The position numbers and the translations under genes were made by a program. 62,920 bases of DNA from a virus (taxonomy: Duplodnaviria > Caudoviricetes): IMG/VR virus record IMGVR_UViG_3300037808_000193, positions 1 through 62,920 of that record, one strand, 5' to 3'. Positions 62,872 through 62,920 of this stretch are shown piece after piece (the first letter of the stretch is position 1; each line of letters opens with the position of its first letter). Below the pieces are notes generated by a model that saw only the letters and a list, made by a program, of their open reading frames with translations, searched no databases and was not told where the DNA came from.

Positions 62872-62920
62872 GTCAACATCACCTCCTTAGTTATTATCAT
62901 GCCTGGTTAAATTCAGCGGT
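62304..62920. repeat. Terminal overlap copy 2
   Basis: Matches 1-617 at about 97% identity. Confidence 0.97.

Overview
The window is an apparently complete, circularly permuted tailed dsDNA phage genome with a unit length of about 62,303 bp. Positions 1-617 recur at 62304-62920 with 16 substitutions. It is siphovirus-like and almost entirely minus-strand coded. WhiB, an LAxTG-anchored protein and the endolysin cell-wall repeat point to an Actinomycetota host, probably Acidimicrobiia. The modules are head/tail morphogenesis (20.3 kb down to 1, continuing 62.9 to 49.2 kb and including lysis and large fibre proteins), replication/recombination (DnaB, primase, SSB, DnaE, RecA, Cas4-like nuclease, two resolvases, WhiB, ParB-DUF4417) and an early operon with a MoxR AAA+/vWA pair. 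I found no integrase, tRNA or CRISPR array. The most notable signals are: (1) a five-copy, covarying two-hairpin RNA motif in front of the RBS of early-operon genes; (2) an ~850-nt ORF-free structured leader/ncRNA with two boxA-like boxes and mutually exclusive long-range helices heading that operon; (3) anti-Shine-Dalgarno elements just before terminators that match specific phage RBSs; (4) a MuF-GNAT-2H phosphoesterase polyprotein and a prohead protease that share a peptide tag and Lys-type cleavage sites, with the protease also carrying a copy of the capsid N-terminus; (5) a shared basic K/R-V-x-hydrophobic terminal motif in many unrelated early proteins. All functional calls come from motif recognition by eye, not database searches.
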